From assembly GCA_947644575.1 (NCBI GenBank), contig CANRZX010000001.1, forward strand, positions 1 through 38,838: a stretch of 38,838 nt of DNA, written 5' to 3'. Made by a program: the position numbers and the translations under genes. Under the pieces are notes generated by a model. The model was not told the origin of the DNA, searched no databases, and saw only the letters and a list, made by a program, of their open reading frames with translations. Shown one piece after another: positions 36,590-38,838 of the stretch. Numbering within the stretch: position 1 is the first letter of the stretch; every line of letters begins with the position of its first letter. The DNA is from an uncultured Clostridia bacterium (GTDB lineage Bacteria; Bacillota; Clostridia; Oscillospirales; Ruminococcaceae).

Positions 36590-37717
36590 TTATTCCGCCT
36601 CGGCTGCGGATGCATCCTCCGGCGCTTCGGCGGGCTTCTCCGGCGCTTTTTTTACCGGCGGCTCCTCGCCGTAATAGCCGCTCTCGGGCCGGATGTCGAT
36701 GTTGTAGCCCGTCAGGCGGGCGCACAGGCGGGCGTTCTGCCCCTTGTTGCCGATGGCCAGTGAGAGCTGGTGGTCGGGCACGGTGACGCGGCACGACCGC
36801 GTCTCGCCCTCCAAAAGCTCCACGCCCACGACGGTGGCCGGGCTGAGCGCCGCGCTGATAAACTGGGCGGGATCCTCACTCCAGCGGACGATGTCGATCT
36901 TTTCGCCGCCGAGCTCTTCGACGATCTTCGCCACGCGCTGCCCGCGCGGGCCGATGCACGCGCCCACAGGGTCGACGTTTTCGTCCCGGCTGTAGGCGGC
37001 CAGCTTTGTGCGCGCCCCGGCCTCGCGGCTGATGGCCTTGATCTCGACGGTGCCGTCGAAGATTTCGGGTACCTCCATTTCAAACATACGCTTGACAAGG
37101 CCCGGATGTGTGCGGCTGATCATCATGCGCGGGCCGCGCTCGCCCTCAATGACGTCCACGACGTAGACCTTGACATGCTGGCCCTCGGTGAACTGCTCGC
37201 CCGCCACCTGCTCGGAACGCGGCAGCGTGGCCACACCGCCCTTGCCTAATTCTAATGTCACGACGCCGCGCTCGGGGTCAATATTGGTGACGACGGCCGA
37301 AATGATCTCGTGCGATTTCGACTGCATTTCAGCGAACATCTGGCTGCGCTCGGCCTCCTTCAGGCCCTGGCGGATAACGTGCTTGGCCGTCTGCGCGGCG
37401 ATGCGGCCGAAGTCCTTCGTTTTCAGCGGGATGGCGTATTCGTCGCCCGGCTGGTAGCTTTTCTTTTTCTGGCGCGCCTCCTCGAGCGAGATCTGCGTGC
37501 TGGGGTTCTCGACCTCCTCGGCGACGGTCTTGAGCAGCGAAACGCTGAATTGGCCGATCGACGGGTCGATCAAAACGCTGACGTTCTCGTCCTCGACGTT
37601 ATAGTCCTTTTTCACGGCGATTACAATCGCGTTTTTAATTTTTTCCAGCAGGTAATCGGCGGGCAGGCCGCGTTCTTTTTCCAGCATGGACAGCGCTTCA
37701 AAAAATTCGGCGTTCAT
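36590..37717 (-). CDS. nusA: Transcription termination factor NusA
   Basis: FGRIAAQTAK, SRTHP, EVPEI, REAG.RTK, GACIG and SLAIGNKGQNARL motifs; the start could be 37729. Confidence 0.96.
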   Translation of the reverse strand: MNAEFFEALSMLEKERGLPADYLLEKIKNAIVIAVKKDYNVEDENVSVLIDPSIGQFSVSLLKTVAEEVENPSTQISLEEARQKKKSYQPGDEYAIPLKTKDFGRIAAQTAKHVIRQGLKEAERSQMFAEMQSKSHEIISAVVTNIDPERGVVTLELGKGGVATLPRSEQVAGEQFTEGQHVKVYVVDVIEGERGPRMMISRTHPGLVKRMFEMEVPEIFDGTVEIKAISREAGARTKLAAYSRDENVDPVGACIGPRGQRVAKIVEELGGEKIDIVRWSEDPAQFISAALSPATVVGVELLEGETRSCRVTVPDHQLSLAIGNKGQNARLCARLTGYNIDIRPESGYYGEEPPVKKAPEKPAEAPEDASAAEAE

Positions 37718-37815
37718 TTTTCCTATCATCCATTCTATTATTTATTTGGAAAGCCTTTCCGCACGGGCCCTTCGGACGGCCCCGCGTGGGGAAACGCTCT
37801 GATTCGGCGCTGGCC

Positions 37816-38304
37816 TCAGCAGGGAAGGTCCTCGTCGTCGCACAGTTTGAAATAGCTGGCGTCCTTTTCCTCGACGGCGGCCTGTCCGCCGCCGTCGAGC
37901 CCGAGCAGCACGCGGGAACCCTCCTTGCCGAGGAGCGTCCCCGCCACGTCGCGCACACCGCGCCCGTCCGGGCGGATGAGGTGCGCGCAAACCTTTTGCC
38001 CGCGCAGCGCCTCAAAGTGCGCATCCCGCGTCAGGCGGCGGCCAAGCCCCGGGCTGCCGACCTCGAGAAAATAGCTTTGGTCGATGGGGTCGGCCGCGTC
38101 CAGAATCGGGTTGATCGCGTGCGTGGCGGCCTCGCAGGCGTCGAGATCGAGCGGCTCGTTCCGGTCGATATAAACGCGCAGGAACCAGTCCGGCCCTTCC
38201 TTTTCAAAGCGGACGTCCCACACGCGCAGGCCCAGCTCCGCCAGAGCGGGCGAGACCAAAGCCTCCACTTCGGCGGCGGTCGAGCCGCCCTTGCCGTTTG
38301 CCAT
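37816..38304 (-). CDS. rimP: Ribosome maturation factor RimP
   Basis: LRVYID, LD..DPI and Y.LEV.SPG..R.L motifs; first gene of the nusA operon; GGGAGG RBS. Confidence 0.92.
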   Translation of the reverse strand: MANGKGGSTAAEVEALVSPALAELGLRVWDVRFEKEGPDWFLRVYIDRNEPLDLDACEAATHAINPILDAADPIDQSYFLEVGSPGLGRRLTRDAHFEALRGQKVCAHLIRPDGRGVRDVAGTLLGKEGSRVLLGLDGGGQAAVEEKDASYFKLCDDEDLPC

Positions 38305-38321
38305 CAAAACCCTCCCAATAT

Positions 38322-38358
38322 GAAGGAAAGAGCGGGCCGCCCGGCCCACTCTTTCATC
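38322..38358 (-). promoter_or_regulatory. rimP leader hairpin (attenuator-like)
   Basis: On the - strand GAAAGAGTGGGCC-GGGC-GGCCCGCTCTTTC followed by a pyrimidine run, just upstream of the rimP RBS; resembles the AGAGTGGG/CCCACTCT hairpin commonly found ahead of rimP. Confidence 0.6.
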
Positions 38359-38486
38359 CATTCAGTATCGTACAATATATACATTACCACAGTTTTGACC
38401 AATATGCAAGAGGAAATTTCGAGATAATCGGAGAATCCGCGGGCAAAATGACCCCGCAGTCCCCCAATTGTCCCGAATGTGCGCGC

Positions 38487-38838
38487 CTACGGCTGCTCCT
38501 GCGCGCTTTCCCGGTACGCCCTCGGCCCCGATTCATACAGATTGCCGCCCGCGCTGTCGATAGCGACGGTCAGCGGCAGGCCGCGCACGACAAGGCGGCG
38601 CACGGCCTCGCTGCCGAGCTCCGGCCAGCAGACGAGCTCCGCGCTTTCGACGCACGAGGCGATCAGCGCGCCCGCGCCGCCGATGGCGGCAAAGTACACC
38701 GCGCCTGTCTCCTTCATCGCGTCCACGACCGCGGCGTCGCGCGCGCCCTTGCCGATCATCCCCGCGAGGCCCAGGCGCAGCAGCGTGGGTGCGTAGGCGT
38801 CCATGCGGCCGCTCGTCGTCGGCCCCACCGAGCCGATC
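38487..38838 (-). CDS. Fe-S hydro-lyase (class I fumarate/tartrate hydratase) beta subunit, 5' partial
   Basis: GPTTS.RMD, MIGKG, Y..A.GG and P..V.ID..G motifs; the ORF runs off the window end. Confidence 0.88.
   Translation of the reverse strand, partial: IGSVGPTTSGRMDAYAPTLLRLGLAGMIGKGARDAAVVDAMKETGAVYFAAIGGAGALIASCVESAELVCWPELGSEAVRRLVVRGLPLTVAIDSAGGNLYESGPRAYRESAQEQP

Overview
A high-GC Bacillota chromosomal segment, probably Oscillospiraceae/Ruminococcaceae-like (inferred from gene content and order). From left to right it holds: (1) a visibly more AT-rich + strand carbohydrate-catabolic cluster (ROK kinase with a clipped 5' end, GH9 hydrolase, a remnant of a second GH9, FGGY kinase, TIM-barrel isomerase/dehydratase, Zn dehydrogenase, divergent NagB, Fe-S old-yellow-enzyme, DeoC-type aldolase), which I cannot match to a described pathway; (2) a frameshifted IS200 tnpA relic; (3) a - strand multimeric Hnd/Hyd-type [FeFe]-hydrogenase operon whose HATPase gene runs in frame into the ferredoxin subunit; (4) trkAH, ilvE, a HAD phosphatase, xth, uppP, a two-component system, a DedA/VTT protein, an M15 DD-carboxypeptidase lipoprotein and rsmE; (5) the rimP-nusA-ylxR-L7Ae-infB-rbfA-DHH-truB-ribF operon and a partial fumarate hydratase beta gene. 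The intergenic DNA carries at least six copies, in four families, of short self-complementary MITE-like elements. Several of these overlap or rewrite gene 3' ends, and one has a reconstructable empty site. No CRISPR array, tRNA or rRNA was seen.
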